DNA from: a virus
Reading direction: 5' to 3' (one strand)
DNA: 36,185 bases
Virus genome (UHGV): UHGV-0335474
In this document: positions 9,735 to 20,652 of the stretch, piece after piece
How positions within the stretch are numbered: the first letter of the stretch is position 1
How the letters are laid out: each line of letters begins with the position of its first letter
Made by a program: the position numbers and the translations under genes
The notes under the pieces: model-generated
Told to the model about the DNA's origin: nothing
Seen by the model: the letters and a program-made list of their open reading frames with translations, nothing else
Databases searched by the model: none

Positions 9735-10994
9735 ATGTCTAACCAGTTAACCAAAGACCTCGAAATCCTCTTTGAGAGCGTCATTGATAGTTTTGAGGCG
9801 TCCAATGTCGTTTCCCGCGAGTGCAGCAAGTTCCGACCGGGCGACATTGAAATGCAGCGCGCTGGCGACGTTGTTTATCGCCCTCAGGGCTACCACCTGA
9901 AAACCGTGAGCGGACTTGATCTGACTTCGGCCACTGCAAACTCACTCGTTCAGCGTCAGGTGCCTGCTCGCTTCCGCGAGCCAGAGAACGTCATCTACGA
10001 ACTGGACGCAAAAGAAATGCGCGATCCGTGGCACAAAGAGCAGGCTGGCAAGGCGGCGGGTCGCCAGTTGGCGGCGTGGGTTGATAACATGATCGTCGAT
10101 GAGGTGGTCGCTCGCTCCACCAACGTGGTCACCATTAAATCGGCGTCCACCGGTAGCACTCTCGGCGAAGAACTCTGGAACGCATCGGCTGACGTTGATG
10201 CAATGATGCTGTCCATTGGTGTGCCTCAGGGTGGTCAGCGCAAGGCGTTCTACAACCCGTTCAACTACAAAGACCTGGCTAAGGAGCTTGGCTCTCGCGC
10301 ATATGCGGTCGGTGCAACTCTGACAGCCTATGAGAAAGCTCAGATTCCACCTGTGGCATCCTTCGACAGTTTCCGCGTTGATTATGCTGGCGCAATGAAG
10401 GCTGGTTCAGCTACCGCTGTAACTCTCGGCGGCGCAGTAAAACACAAAGTTACCGCGATGGATTCCAACGGCGCGCCTACCGATAACCGCCAGGGTGACA
10501 TCACCGTATCCACTGCTGACGTACTGGCTGTCGGCGATGCATTCACTATCGCAGGCGTTAACAGTGTCCACATGATCAAGAAGGTGGATACAGGTAAGCC
10601 GCAGGTATTCCGCGTCCTGGCAGTAAATGGCACTACCGTTACCATCAGCCCGAAAATTCTGCCACCAGACAACGCGGATAAGGCGTCTATTCCTTACCAG
10701 AACGTTACCGCCAATCCGGTGGCAAACGCGGCGATCACCATCCTCAACAAGAAGGCTGCGGCTTCCAACATCTTCTTCGCTGAGGGTTCTGTTGAGCTGA
10801 TGTATGGCAAGTTGGCATTCCCTACCGGCCAGGGTCCGCAGGTTATGACCGCAAGGACCGAGCAGGGTGCGACCATCATCATGGCTTACCAGTTCGACGC
10901 TAAATCTGGCAAAACGTGGACTCGCTTCACCACGCTGGCTGGCGCAAGCGTACTGGTCCCGGAATTCACCGGCCTGGTACTGGCTAACCAGTAA
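9735..10994 (+). CDS. Major coat protein (P22 gp5-like)
   Basis: 419 aa, position and size; followed by a strong terminator. Confidence 0.8.
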   Translation: MSNQLTKDLEILFESVIDSFEASNVVSRECSKFRPGDIEMQRAGDVVYRPQGYHLKTVSGLDLTSATANSLVQRQVPARFREPENVIYELDAKEMRDPWHKEQAGKAAGRQLAAWVDNMIVDEVVARSTNVVTIKSASTGSTLGEELWNASADVDAMMLSIGVPQGGQRKAFYNPFNYKDLAKELGSRAYAVGATLTAYEKAQIPPVASFDSFRVDYAGAMKAGSATAVTLGGAVKHKVTAMDSNGAPTDNRQGDITVSTADVLAVGDAFTIAGVNSVHMIKKVDTGKPQVFRVLAVNGTTVTISPKILPPDNADKASIPYQNVTANPVANAAITILNKKAAASNIFFAEGSVELMYGKLAFPTGQGPQVMTARTEQGATIIMAYQFDAKSGKTWTRFTTLAGASVLVPEFTGLVLANQ

Positions 10995-10998
10995 TCCA

Positions 10999-11024
10999 AG
11001 GGGCTTCGGCCCCTCTTTTTTTTT
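10999..11024 (+). terminator. Rho-independent terminator after the coat gene
   Basis: AGGGGC-TTCG-GCCCCT hairpin followed by a T9 run. Confidence 0.8.
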
Positions 11025-11034
11025 GGAGATCGAA

Positions 11035-11223
11035 ATGTCTCAAATCATGCTTTATAAGCCGGGATCGATGATCACCTGCGGCCCCCACTCGCTGGATTAC
11101 ATCATCGTTGATGACGAAGAAGTTAAATCTCACCTGAAAAAAGGCTGGGTAAAAACTCCTGAAGAAACCGCAACGAAGCAAAAAGTGGCTAAGGCGGAAG
11201 AAGATGGCGAAAATGAAGGGTGA
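11035..11223 (+). CDS. Small hypothetical protein (Sf6 gene 6 position)
   Basis: 62 aa after GGAG and ATG at 11035; the track ORF from 10867 is an upstream extension through the terminator. Confidence 0.4.
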   Translation: MSQIMLYKPGSMITCGPHSLDYIIVDDEEVKSHLKKGWVKTPEETATKQKVAKAEEDGENEG

Positions 11224-11665
11224 TCTCGTTCTAAAGGCTTTACGAAAAGCCGGGCTGTATTCCAATGCCACGTTGACAGATGCTGACCCTCAGGCAATTG
11301 AAGATGCCATTAATGACCTCGAAGACATGATGGCAGCATGGCAGGCTAAAGGTATCGAGCTTGGATATCAGTTTGCTGATACAGAAAACGGCATCATGCC
11401 GTTACCTGACGATGATTCAGGTATCCCTGCATGGGCAAATGATGGCGTCGCTTTGAAACTCGCTGTGCAAGTGTGCATGGATAACGTCATTCAGCCGTCA
11501 GACGCTCTCCTTACCGCTGCTGACAGTGCATATCAGACAATCTGCATCGCTTTAACCAAAATACCACCACTTGAGCGGCGAAATGACATGCCTCGCGGTA
11601 GTGGTAACAAAAGCGCGTTTACGTGGAATCGGTTTTACATCGAGAAAGATGATCCGAGTACGTGA
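11204..11665 (+). CDS. Head-to-tail adaptor / head completion protein (P22 gp4-like)
   Basis: 153 aa, KGDLV..ALRK.G...LTD..PQ...DA..DLE.MMA.W pattern matching P22 gp4 as recalled. Confidence 0.7.
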   Translation: MAKMKGDLVLKALRKAGLYSNATLTDADPQAIEDAINDLEDMMAAWQAKGIELGYQFADTENGIMPLPDDDSGIPAWANDGVALKLAVQVCMDNVIQPSDALLTAADSAYQTICIALTKIPPLERRNDMPRGSGNKSAFTWNRFYIEKDDPST

Positions 11666-11674
11666 GGTGAATAA

Positions 11675-13093
11675 ATGCCGATTCAGCAACTTCCGCTTAT
11701 GAAAGGTGTCGGCAAAGACTTTCGAAACGCCGACTATATCGACTATCTGCCAGTGAATATGCTGGCTACGCCCAAAGAAATACTCAACAGCAGCGGATAT
11801 CTTCGCTCATTCCCGGGCATTGCCAAACGTTCTGATGTGAACGGCGTATCGCGGGGCGTCGAGTACAACATGGCGCAGAATGCTGTTTATCGCGTGTGTG
11901 GTGGCAAGCTCTACAAAGGCGAAAGCGAAGTAGGTGACGTCGCCGGAAGTGGTCGCGTATCAATGGCGCATGGTAGGACATCTCAGGCTGTAGGCGTTAA
12001 TGGTCAACTGGTCGAGTATCGCTATGATGGCACGGTTAAAACCGTCTCAAACTGGCCTACTGACAGCGGATTCACACAGTACGAGTTAGGTTCGGTTCGC
12101 GACATTACGCGCTTACGTGGGCGTTATGCGTGGTCAAAAGACGGAACTGATTCATGGTTTATCACTGACCTTGAAGACGAATCGCATCCTGACCGTTACA
12201 GTGCACAATATCGCGCAGAATCGCAGCCGGACGGCATCATCGGCATCGGAACATGGCGAGACTTCATCGTATGCTTTGGTTCATCAACGATTGAATATTT
12301 CTCCCTGACTGGTGCAACCACCGTTGGTGCTGCTTTGTATGTCGCACAGCCATCGCTGATGGTGCAGAAAGGCATTGCCGGGACTTACTGCAAAACGCCG
12401 TTTGCTGATTCGTATGCGTTCATCAGCAATCCGGCAACGGGTGCGCCGTCTGTGTATATCATCGGCTCTGGTCAGGTGTCACCAATTGCCAGCGCGAGCA
12501 TTGAGAAAATCCTCCGCTCCTACACTGCTGATGAACTGGCTGATGGCGTGATGGAATCGTTGCGCTTTGATGCTCATGAGTTGCTGATTATCCACCTTCC
12601 ACGCCATGTTCTCGTGTACGACGCATCTTCAAGTGCCAATGGTCCGCAATGGTGTGTACTGAAAACAGGCTTGTATGACGATGTGTACCGCGCTATCGAC
12701 TTCATTTACGAAGGCAATCAGATAACGTGCGGAGATAAGCTGGAATCGGTTATCGGCAAATTGCAGTTCGATATCAGCAGCCAGTATGGGCTACAGCAAG
12801 AACATATTTTATTTTCACCATTAATAAAGGCAGATAATGTCATTATTAATGACCTTGAATTAGAAACATCAGGCGGCGTGTGTGATAGAATAGATAAAAT
12901 ATTTATATCAGCAACAACAGATGGAATAAATTACGGCAGGGAACAAATGGTCGTATTGCAATCTCCATTTGTATATGACAATCGAGTCTTATGGCGCAGG
13001 ATTGGAAGAGTTAGACGTCTCATCGGTTTTAAATTCAGAGTTATTGCAAAAGGCCCGGTTACATTATCCGGACTGTCTATTCGTACAACATAA
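11675..13093 (+). CDS. Tail accessory / head completion protein (P22 gp10-like)
   Basis: 472 aa, same length and position as P22 gp10 / Sf6 gp8. The last ~300 nt are AT-rich. Confidence 0.65.
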   Translation: MPIQQLPLMKGVGKDFRNADYIDYLPVNMLATPKEILNSSGYLRSFPGIAKRSDVNGVSRGVEYNMAQNAVYRVCGGKLYKGESEVGDVAGSGRVSMAHGRTSQAVGVNGQLVEYRYDGTVKTVSNWPTDSGFTQYELGSVRDITRLRGRYAWSKDGTDSWFITDLEDESHPDRYSAQYRAESQPDGIIGIGTWRDFIVCFGSSTIEYFSLTGATTVGAALYVAQPSLMVQKGIAGTYCKTPFADSYAFISNPATGAPSVYIIGSGQVSPIASASIEKILRSYTADELADGVMESLRFDAHELLIIHLPRHVLVYDASSSANGPQWCVLKTGLYDDVYRAIDFIYEGNQITCGDKLESVIGKLQFDISSQYGLQQEHILFSPLIKADNVIINDLELETSGGVCDRIDKIFISATTDGINYGREQMVVLQSPFVYDNRVLWRRIGRVRRLIGFKFRVIAKGPVTLSGLSIRTT

Positions 13094-13114
13094 ATCGAAA
13101 CTTAAGGAGTAGAT

Positions 13115-13660
13115 ATGTTAAGTGAAGATATTAGAGATGTAGTTGGTTATGAGGGGCTTTATGCGGTAACTCGTGATGGTAGAGTTTACTCTCACTCAAG
13201 GATAATAAATACATGCCATGGGGCTACTCGATTAATGAAGGGTAGATGGCTGAAGCCAGCAAAGGATGGGGGCGGATATCTATTTGTTGGTCTCTGTAAG
13301 GATGGAGAGGTTAAACCAAAAAAAATACATCGAATTGTTGCTGAGGCATTTATTGAAAACAAAGAATCTAAACCATTCATCAACCATATAGATAATAATA
13401 ATCAAAATAATAATGTAGAAAATCTTGAATGGTGTACGCAACATGAAAACATGCAGCATTGCTCTAGAAGCGGTAGGGTGAAAATACCTCATTATGTGGG
13501 TTCTGAACATCCATCGTCCAAATTAAATGAAGATATAGTTCTGGTCATAAAAAATGATTTGATTACGCCAATTAGCGAGTTAGCTGCAAGATATAATGTG
13601 ACTGTTCAGGCCATACACGCCATTAAAAAAGGGAAGACATGGAGGCATGTGAATGGCTGA
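13115..13660 (+). CDS. HNH homing endonuclease (NUMOD4 + HNH_3 type)
   Basis: 181 aa, [14 protein letters not shown] (NUMOD4-like) and [24 protein letters not shown] (HNH). Markedly AT-rich; AGGAG SD upstream. Confidence 0.8.
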   Translation: MLSEDIRDVVGYEGLYAVTRDGRVYSHSRIINTCHGATRLMKGRWLKPAKDGGGYLFVGLCKDGEVKPKKIHRIVAEAFIENKESKPFINHIDNNNQNNNVENLEWCTQHENMQHCSRSGRVKIPHYVGSEHPSSKLNEDIVLVIKNDLITPISELAARYNVTVQAIHAIKKGKTWRHVNG

Positions 13661-14354
13661 TCCCAATCTCAACGTGCCAGTAACTATCCAGGCCACCCGG
13701 CTAGACACATCAATCCTGCCGCGAAATATCTTCTCGCAGTCGTACCTGCTGTACGTTATCGCTCAGGGTACCGATGCCAGTAACGTGGCTAACAAGGCAA
13801 ATCAGGCTGGTCAGGGCGCTTACGATGCTCAGGTGAAAAACGATGAACAGGACGTCGAACTGGCTGATCACGACGCAAGAATCACCGCAAACACAAAAGC
13901 GATAAATCTCCTTGAGGTCAGGTTAACAACCGCCGAAGGGAAGATAGTCGTACTGCGTAGCGATGTTGATTACTTGCTGGATGAGGTTATCGATATTCAG
14001 GCGCATCTGGTCACTGTTGACCAAAGACTGGATGACGTAGAAAACGATGTCTCTGGCATTAAGAGTGATTACGTATCGAAAACCGTAACCGAATTGCAGT
14101 CTCTTGAGTCACCGCTGGATGTAAAAACATCATATTCAGTTGATGGAATTCAGGTTGTTGGAGCAAGAAATACCGGATGGACTGCAGCCACAGGTACGCC
14201 ACTTCTTGGCTCATTCAACGCTAACCAGTCATACACGGTCGGCACTACGTACACACAATCCGAAGTCGCAGCTCTCGCTACAGGTTTGCAGCAGGCGCGG
14301 CAGCGTATTCTGGCGCTTGAAACAGCACTTAGATTACATGGGCTGATTGACTGA
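13653..14354 (+). CDS. Tail needle protein (P22 gp26-like)
   Basis: 233 aa, [25 protein letters not shown]... with heptad coiled-coil and a C-terminus matching P22 gp26 as recalled. Confidence 0.85.
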   Translation: MADPNLNVPVTIQATRLDTSILPRNIFSQSYLLYVIAQGTDASNVANKANQAGQGAYDAQVKNDEQDVELADHDARITANTKAINLLEVRLTTAEGKIVVLRSDVDYLLDEVIDIQAHLVTVDQRLDDVENDVSGIKSDYVSKTVTELQSLESPLDVKTSYSVDGIQVVGARNTGWTAATGTPLLGSFNANQSYTVGTTYTQSEVAALATGLQQARQRILALETALRLHGLID

Positions 14355-14809
14355 TGATTACATTCAAACCAACGCGAAACATCGACCTGATAGAAGCCGT
14401 GGGAAATCACCCCGACATTATCGCTGGTAGCAACAACGGTGATGGATACGACTACAAGCCTGAATGCCGTTACTTTGAGGTTAACGTGCACGGTCAGTTT
14501 GGCGGCATTGTTTACTATCAGGAGATTCAGCCGCTTACATTCGATTGCCACGCCATGTACCTGCCAGAGGTTCGTGGATTCAGCAAGGAAATCGGGCTGG
14601 CGTTCTGGCGATACATTCTGACTAACACCACCGTTCAGTGCGTCACATCGTTCGCTGCACGCAAATTCCGCCACGGGCAGATGTACTGCGCAATGATTGG
14701 CCTTAAGCGTGTCGGAACCATCAAGAAATACTTCAAGGGCGTGGATGACGTGACGTTTTACAGCGCCACACGTGAAGAACTAATCGACTTCCTGAATCAC
14801 GGGAGATAG
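14354..14809 (+). CDS. P22 gp14-like virion/ejection-associated protein
   Basis: 151 aa, gene-order equivalent of P22 gene 14; ATGA overlap with the needle gene. Confidence 0.5.
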   Translation: MITFKPTRNIDLIEAVGNHPDIIAGSNNGDGYDYKPECRYFEVNVHGQFGGIVYYQEIQPLTFDCHAMYLPEVRGFSKEIGLAFWRYILTNTTVQCVTSFAARKFRHGQMYCAMIGLKRVGTIKKYFKGVDDVTFYSATREELIDFLNHGR

Positions 14810-14811
14810 CC

Positions 14812-15501
14812 ATGTTATATGCATTTAAGCTGGGCAGAAAACTGCGCGGCGAGGAACCTTATTGCCCTGAAAAAGGCGGGAAAGGTGGCTCTGATAAAAG
14901 TGCAAAGTATGCCGCAGAAGCTCAGAAGTATGCCGCAGACCTGCAAAATCAGCAGTTCAATACCATCATGAACAACCTGAAGCCGTTTACTCCTCTGGCT
15001 GGGAAGTATGTCGGCAGCCTTGAGAACTTATCGTCTCTGGAAGGGCAAGGTCAGGCACTTAACCAGTATTACAACTCTCAGCAGTACAAAGATCTTGCTG
15101 GTCAGGCTCGCTATCAGAGTCTGGCGGCAGCGGAAGCAACAGGTGGATTGGGTTCCACCGCAACCAGTAATCAGTTAGCAACAATCGCACCAACGCTTGG
15201 TCAGCAATGGCTGTCTGGACAAATGAACAATTACAACAACCTGGCAAATATCGGTCTTGGCGCTCTTCAGGGGCAGGCAAACGCCGGGCAGACATATGCC
15301 AACAACATGAGTCAGATTTCGCAGCAAAGTGCGGCTCTTGCAGCGGCAAATGCCAACAGACCATCAGCAATGCAATCTGCTATTGGCGGAGGTGCGTCTG
15401 GTGCTATTGCTGGGGCCGGACTTGCGAAATTAATTGGTTCATCAACTCCGTGGGGGGCTGCGATCGGCGGCGGTCTTGGTCTGCTTGGCTCGTTGTTTTA
15501 A
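14812..15501 (+). CDS. Ejection (internal virion) protein, P22 gp7-like
   Basis: 229 aa, Gly/Ala/Gln-rich with hydrophobic C-terminus; position in the gp7-gp20-gp16 ejection cluster. Confidence 0.6.
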   Translation: MLYAFKLGRKLRGEEPYCPEKGGKGGSDKSAKYAAEAQKYAADLQNQQFNTIMNNLKPFTPLAGKYVGSLENLSSLEGQGQALNQYYNSQQYKDLAGQARYQSLAAAEATGGLGSTATSNQLATIAPTLGQQWLSGQMNNYNNLANIGLGALQGQANAGQTYANNMSQISQQSAALAAANANRPSAMQSAIGGGASGAIAGAGLAKLIGSSTPWGAAIGGGLGLLGSLF

Positions 15502-15511
15502 GGGGTAATCA

Positions 15512-16963
15512 ATGGCTACGTGGCAACAGGGTATTAATTCTGGTGGTTTTCTGGCTGGAATTGGTGCGCAAAATGAGAATGCGCCAAAGGCAAGCGACAT
15601 TAACGCAACGCTTGGTCTGATTCGCGAAAACAATGAACTGGCTCGTTCAGGTGCAAATAACGTTGGTCTGACCGCGTTACGTGGTCTGGCTGGAGTTGCT
15701 GATATTTATAAGCAGCAGCAACAGCAGGAACGTAAAGCGGCATTCCAGAAAGGTTATGCGGATGCTTATGCGTCCGGCGACAGGGAGCAGATGCGTAATC
15801 TTATTACAGCATTCCCCGAAGAGTTTGAGGAAGTCCGTAAAGGCATGGGGTATGTCGATGACGCCCAGCGGAATGATTTTGGCAATCTGGCGCTCAAGGC
15901 TCAGGTAGCTTCGTCGCTTGGTCCGGGTGCATTTGGCAGGTTCATGATGGATAACGAAAAGGAGATGCGTCGTTTAGGTATCCCTCCAGAAACTATTGCG
16001 GAAATGCAGGTTAATGACCCGCAGGGCTTCCAGCACTTCGCAGGTAATCTGGCACTATTTTCTCTCGGTCATGAGAAGTATTTCGATATCAAAGATCAAA
16101 TGGAAGGTCGGGATATTGAGCGTGGCAAGTTGGCAGAGACGATTCGCAGCAATAAAGCTGGGGAAGGTTTAAAGGCGCAAAGCATTGCTGTTAGCCGTGA
16201 AAACTCCCTGCGCACTGCTGGAGGTGCTGTTCCTGCATCTGTTAAAGAATATCAATATTTCAACAGCCTGTCTCCAGAGCAACAAAAGACATATCTTCGT
16301 GTTCGAGGTCGTCCTGATGCTGGCGGGGAGAATGTTGTGCAACTGGCAGATGGCAGAACGGTAACGGTTGGTAGGAAGCTTCACGGCGCTGGTGCTAATG
16401 CGTTCTACGAAGGAATAGACAACGAGGGCAATATGATTCGCGTCCCCGCAAGTTCTATTGCTGCTCCGGCTACATCGGCAGCTAATGCACAGAATTACGA
16501 AATGAAGAAAGATCTTGATGCAATTTCTGGCGCATCAATTGACGATCTTGGCTTCATGACAGGTATTACAGGTTCTTCAGGTTCTTTTGCTCTTGGTGCA
16601 GATATTCGTAGCAGGGCATCTGGTGTTGAGGAGAGGAGGCTATACAACGCTGCACAGCGAATCATGGGCAAAATGCAAAATCAGGGGATTGCAGCAGCCC
16701 GAGATATGGGGGCATCTGGCATCAACACCGAAGCAGAGGCCAATAGGTATTTTCAGGGTATGCCAAAGCCTGATTTCTCAAGTCCTGAAGCGCTGCAACA
16801 ATCAATGCGCGACATTCAGCAATATACCGACAATTACAACCAGCAATATAACGTTAATGTTGGTAATGGCGGGAAGAAATCATCAAGGCAACAGCCAGCT
16901 ACTCAGCAATCAGCAGGAGGTAGCTACACGTCAAAATCAGGCATTCAATTTACGGTGGAATGA
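15512..16963 (+). CDS. Ejection protein, P22 gp20-like
   Basis: 483 aa, position and size. Confidence 0.6.
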   Translation: MATWQQGINSGGFLAGIGAQNENAPKASDINATLGLIRENNELARSGANNVGLTALRGLAGVADIYKQQQQQERKAAFQKGYADAYASGDREQMRNLITAFPEEFEEVRKGMGYVDDAQRNDFGNLALKAQVASSLGPGAFGRFMMDNEKEMRRLGIPPETIAEMQVNDPQGFQHFAGNLALFSLGHEKYFDIKDQMEGRDIERGKLAETIRSNKAGEGLKAQSIAVSRENSLRTAGGAVPASVKEYQYFNSLSPEQQKTYLRVRGRPDAGGENVVQLADGRTVTVGRKLHGAGANAFYEGIDNEGNMIRVPASSIAAPATSAANAQNYEMKKDLDAISGASIDDLGFMTGITGSSGSFALGADIRSRASGVEERRLYNAAQRIMGKMQNQGIAAARDMGASGINTEAEANRYFQGMPKPDFSSPEALQQSMRDIQQYTDNYNQQYNVNVGNGGKKSSRQQPATQQSAGGSYTSKSGIQFTVE

Positions 16964-18975
16964 TGAAAGTAACTGCAAATGGTAAGACATTTACCTTTCC
17001 TGATGGTACGAGCACGGAAGATATTGGGTCCGCCATTGATGAGTATTTTGCTGGTCAGTCAGCGCCAACACAACAAGGTGTTCAGCAATCGCCAGCAGAC
17101 AACTCACTTGCATCAGGATATGCACAGCTTGCCACTCAGCAGAAGGAAGGACTAGATCGCTCTGCTGAGCAAGGGGCTGTTTTAGGTGCTGCAATGCGCG
17201 ATGCCGTTACCGGTGAAAGCCGAATGACACCAGAAATGGAGAGACTGCAAAATGTTGGGGCTGCCCCTGAGTTGAACTCACTAAGCATGGATGCCCTGAA
17301 GGCTGGATGGTCTCAACTTTTCGGCTCCGACGCGTCTCAGGAAAAGATTCTTCAGAGTATGGGGGCGAAATTAAGGCAGGATGAGAAGGGGAACACTATC
17401 GTTTCCCTGCCATCCGGTGATTATGCCCTGAACAAGCCAGGTTTATCACCGCAAGACCTGACTTCGTTTCTTGCTAATGCGTTAGCGTTCACACCAGCGG
17501 GCAGGGCTGGAACGGTGCTTGGTGCCATAGGGAAATCAGCTGCTACAGATTTAGCACTACAGGGTGGCACCAGCCTTGCTGGCGGAGAAGATATTGATCC
17601 TGCACAAACGGTAATTTCTGCTGGCATTGGTGGTGTTGGCAAGGGGCTGGAAAATACAGTTAGTGCGGTTTCCAGGGCTGTTCGCGGTGAGATGTCACCG
17701 GAAGCAAAGGCTGCTGTCGATTTTGCGTCGGAAAGAAACCTGCCGTTAATGACCAGTGACACGCTGAAAGATAAAACCTTTATGCAGAGTCAGGCTCAGA
17801 CATTAGGCGAAAGAGTTCCTTTTTTTGGAACCGGTAAGAATCGGCTGAATCAACAACAAGCACGAGAAAATTTAGTCAGAACATTTAGCGATGGTCTGGG
17901 TGGCATTTCTGATAAACAGCTTTATGAATCTGCGACTAAAGGGCAACAAAAATTCATTGAGGCAGCAGGAAAGCGATATAACCGCATAATTGACGCTATG
18001 GGGGATACCCCTGTCGATCTCTCAAACACGGTAAAAGCTATCGACAATCAGATTGCCGTGTTAAGCCGCCCGGGCAAATCTCAGGATAGAGCCGCGGTAA
18101 AAGTCTTGCAGCAATTTAAAGACGATATCACCAGCGGACCCAATGACCTGCGTCTGGCGAGAGAAAACAGAACTGACCTTCGAAAGCGGTTCATGAATTC
18201 AAACGAGACTGTTGATAAAGACACGCTCCAGAAAGCCAGCGATATTGTCTACAAGGCATATACAGCGGATATGAAAAAAGCAGTATCCCAAAAACTAGGC
18301 TCAGAAGAAGCTGCCAATATGTCTAGGGTTGATCGCTCATGGGCTAGATTCAATGACATGATGGGAAGAACGCGCGTTCAAAAGGCAATAGCCAGCGGCA
18401 AGGCTACACCTGAGGATGTAACAAAACTCGTTTTTAGCCAAAACCCATCAGAACGTTCTCAGCTTTACAGGCTTCTGGATGACAATGGTAGGCAAAACGC
18501 ACGAGCAGCCATAGTTCAGAATGCTGTAGATAAGGCGACTGATCCGTCTGGAAATATTAGTGTTGAAAAGTTTATTAATGCGTTACACCGGAACAGGAAG
18601 CAATCAGCAACTTTCTTTAAAGGCGTACATGGAAAGGAACTGGACGGCGTTATTAAATACCTCAACGATACAAGACACGCGGCAAAAGCGAACGTTCAAA
18701 ACTTAAATGGTCAGCAGCTTTATGGATTGTTAGTTGGTGGTGGCATCATAAACGCAGCAGTATTAGCGGGGATGCTAAAAACGGCTGCGTTTGTTGTTCC
18801 TGCTGCTGGTGTCGTAGGAGGAGCAGCGAAGGCATACGAAAGCCCTGTTATACGAAATGCCTTGTTACGTCTGGCAAATACGCCAAAAGGTAGCACAGCA
18901 TATGACAGAGCGATCAGTACGGTCACACAATCGCTCACCAGAGTCGCACAGGCATCACAAAAAGAAGCTCAATAA
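16960..18975 (+). CDS. Ejection protein, P22 gp16-like
   Basis: 671 aa, position; hydrophobic segment near the C-terminus. Confidence 0.6.
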   Translation: MMKVTANGKTFTFPDGTSTEDIGSAIDEYFAGQSAPTQQGVQQSPADNSLASGYAQLATQQKEGLDRSAEQGAVLGAAMRDAVTGESRMTPEMERLQNVGAAPELNSLSMDALKAGWSQLFGSDASQEKILQSMGAKLRQDEKGNTIVSLPSGDYALNKPGLSPQDLTSFLANALAFTPAGRAGTVLGAIGKSAATDLALQGGTSLAGGEDIDPAQTVISAGIGGVGKGLENTVSAVSRAVRGEMSPEAKAAVDFASERNLPLMTSDTLKDKTFMQSQAQTLGERVPFFGTGKNRLNQQQARENLVRTFSDGLGGISDKQLYESATKGQQKFIEAAGKRYNRIIDAMGDTPVDLSNTVKAIDNQIAVLSRPGKSQDRAAVKVLQQFKDDITSGPNDLRLARENRTDLRKRFMNSNETVDKDTLQKASDIVYKAYTADMKKAVSQKLGSEEAANMSRVDRSWARFNDMMGRTRVQKAIASGKATPEDVTKLVFSQNPSERSQLYRLLDDNGRQNARAAIVQNAVDKATDPSGNISVEKFINALHRNRKQSATFFKGVHGKELDGVIKYLNDTRHAAKANVQNLNGQQLYGLLVGGGIINAAVLAGMLKTAAFVVPAAGVVGGAAKAYESPVIRNALLRLANTPKGSTAYDRAISTVTQSLTRVAQASQKEAQ

Positions 18976-18992
18976 CTGGCAGCCACGGATGG

Positions 18993-19397
18993 CTAATTTT
19001 TATTCTTTGATCTCGTCCACAGGTAAAGAAGAGCAATGGCAAGACAGGAAACAGAGAATAGATAACCTACCTCATATGGTGCGCCAAAAAAATTAGCTAT
19101 TGATACGGGCAAAAAAGCCGAAGCGATCAGAATTGAAAGGCAAAAAATAAGCCCAGTAACATAGTTTATTAAACTCTTAAATGAGAAACGTTTTGCTTGA
19201 TTTACGGTCTCAGCGAGTGATCGCTTAACGATGGATAAAAGCAAATAGATGGCGACAGTAGCTAATGCCCCTTTCCACCAGTCTGGATATAGTTTTGCGA
19301 CAATCAGCCCAAGGAAAACCATGATGACAGACTGAGCATTCACACCAACCTCCTTAGTTTTGTGCAGGATACCAGATGATGTATGGAGAGGCATCAT
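18993..19397 (-). CDS. Integral membrane protein (sieA-equivalent position; possible superinfection exclusion)
   Basis: Multiple hydrophobic helices. An AAGGAGG SD sits in front of an internal GTG/ATG, so the true start may lie ~15-20 codons inside the track ORF. Confidence 0.4.
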   Translation of the reverse strand: MMPLHTSSGILHKTKEVGVNAQSVIMVFLGLIVAKLYPDWWKGALATVAIYLLLSIVKRSLAETVNQAKRFSFKSLINYVTGLIFCLSILIASAFLPVSIANFFGAPYEVGYLFSVSCLAIALLYLWTRSKNKN

Positions 19398-19479
19398 CTA
19401 CTGGTGATAGAACGATGATTGCAGATTGATATTACGATCTGTACACTTCCAGTAGAACCGTGTGTTCTCTGGAGGCGAT

Positions 19480-20133
19480 ATGGACAACATCTACATAGCT
19501 AGTTTTGGTGATATAGACATTCGTTTTGTTAATGTCGACGATGATGTGTTTGTGTCTCAAGGGGATTTTGTCCGTGCAATGGAGTCGTGTCTCACTGATG
19601 ATATGAAACACATAGCTGGTATTTTCATCAGTGGTGGTGTGAGAATTGTTGGCGATTCTAGTGATAGCCGCTCTGCAATACTTGGCGACAGTCTAATTGG
19701 GCCAGCTATTCATTTTCATGCGGTAGGCAATATTCTTACCTCATTGGTTGAAATGAGTAATGAGGAAAACCCCTCTTTAAGAGAGAGTTGTTATCGCATG
19801 AATAGCTTATTGCAGTGGTACACGATAGCTTTATCCAAGGCCGATGAGTATTTTGGTCGTGATGTTGTTGACTTGCTATCTTCAGTAAAAAGGCGTCTTG
19901 ATCGACTTAACGCTCCATATACCGTAAACGTCCTTCATGATGGGGGTGTTTGGGTTGCAACATGCGATGAGCTTGGATTAGTTACAGAAGCTCCAGATTA
20001 TGAATCTCTTACTGAAAGAGTGTGGGATGTCGCTGGAGATATGCTGGTTGAGAATGGTATAGATCAAGACGTAGAAAGCCTGCGCTTTTCCTTCGTTCAG
20101 GAGCAGGTGTCTGATGACAGGATGGCGCTATAA
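19480..20133 (+). CDS. HicB-like antitoxin-domain protein with N-terminal Bro-N/AntA-like extension
   Basis: C-terminal YTVNVLHDGGVWVATCDELGLVTEAPDYESLTERVWDVAG fits the HicB N-domain pattern; N-terminal FGDIDIRFVNVDDDVFVSQGDFVRAME resembles Bro-N. GGAGG SD before the ATG at 19480; track ORF begins at 19462. Confidence 0.5.
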   Translation: MDNIYIASFGDIDIRFVNVDDDVFVSQGDFVRAMESCLTDDMKHIAGIFISGGVRIVGDSSDSRSAILGDSLIGPAIHFHAVGNILTSLVEMSNEENPSLRESCYRMNSLLQWYTIALSKADEYFGRDVVDLLSSVKRRLDRLNAPYTVNVLHDGGVWVATCDELGLVTEAPDYESLTERVWDVAGDMLVENGIDQDVESLRFSFVQEQVSDDRMAL

Positions 20134-20136
20134 GAA

Positions 20137-20334
20137 ATGGGGCAGGGGCTTTATCCAGAACTGAAAGAGTTATTGTTGTCCTACAACTGTTATTTTGTGC
20201 GTCAGGGTAAAGGTAGCCATGAGATATGGCGAAGCCCTATCACGAAAAAGGCATTTAGCGTTCCATTTACTATAGTTTCAAGGCATACGGCTAACGCAAT
20301 TCTTCGCCAGGCAGGAATAAACAAGAAAATTTAA
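20137..20334 (+). CDS. hicA: HicA-family toxin (mRNA interferase)
   Basis: 65 aa, VRQGKGSHEIWRSP...SVPFTIVSRHTANAILRQAGI matches the HicA consensus (GSH motif, C-terminal ILKQAGL-like). Confidence 0.7.
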   Translation: MGQGLYPELKELLLSYNCYFVRQGKGSHEIWRSPITKKAFSVPFTIVSRHTANAILRQAGINKKI

Positions 20335-20357
20335 CCCACCGTCAGGTGGGTTTTTTT
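20335..20357 (+). terminator. Rho-independent terminator after hicA
   Basis: CCCACC-GTCA-GGTGGG hairpin followed by T7. Confidence 0.8.
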
Positions 20358-20389
20358 ATCTTCTCTACTTTAAAGATTAAGGAAATACC

Positions 20390-20575
20390 ATGACCATAGA
20401 AGAACGTCTGAACAACATTGAGTTGAATCAAACCCTGCTTGACCAGCGACTTTCAGATCTTGAGCTTAAAGATCTAGATGTGCAAATATCAGAAGCAGAA
20501 GCCAAGCTCTCCAGCTTAAACCACCGCAGGAAGCAAATCCGCGACAGAATTACTCGTGGACGCGGAGGCTGTTAA
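20390..20575 (+). CDS. Small coiled-coil hypothetical protein
   Basis: 61 aa with AAGGA SD; heptad-like sequence. Could be non-coding. Confidence 0.3.
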   Translation: MTIEERLNNIELNQTLLDQRLSDLELKDLDVQISEAEAKLSSLNHRRKQIRDRITRGRGGC

Positions 20576-20652
20576 GGTGTGATGGTAATCCTTGCTCACT
20601 AAATTTAAGGATGCGAATCTTTCCGGCCATAGGAGTAATCATGATTTACCCA

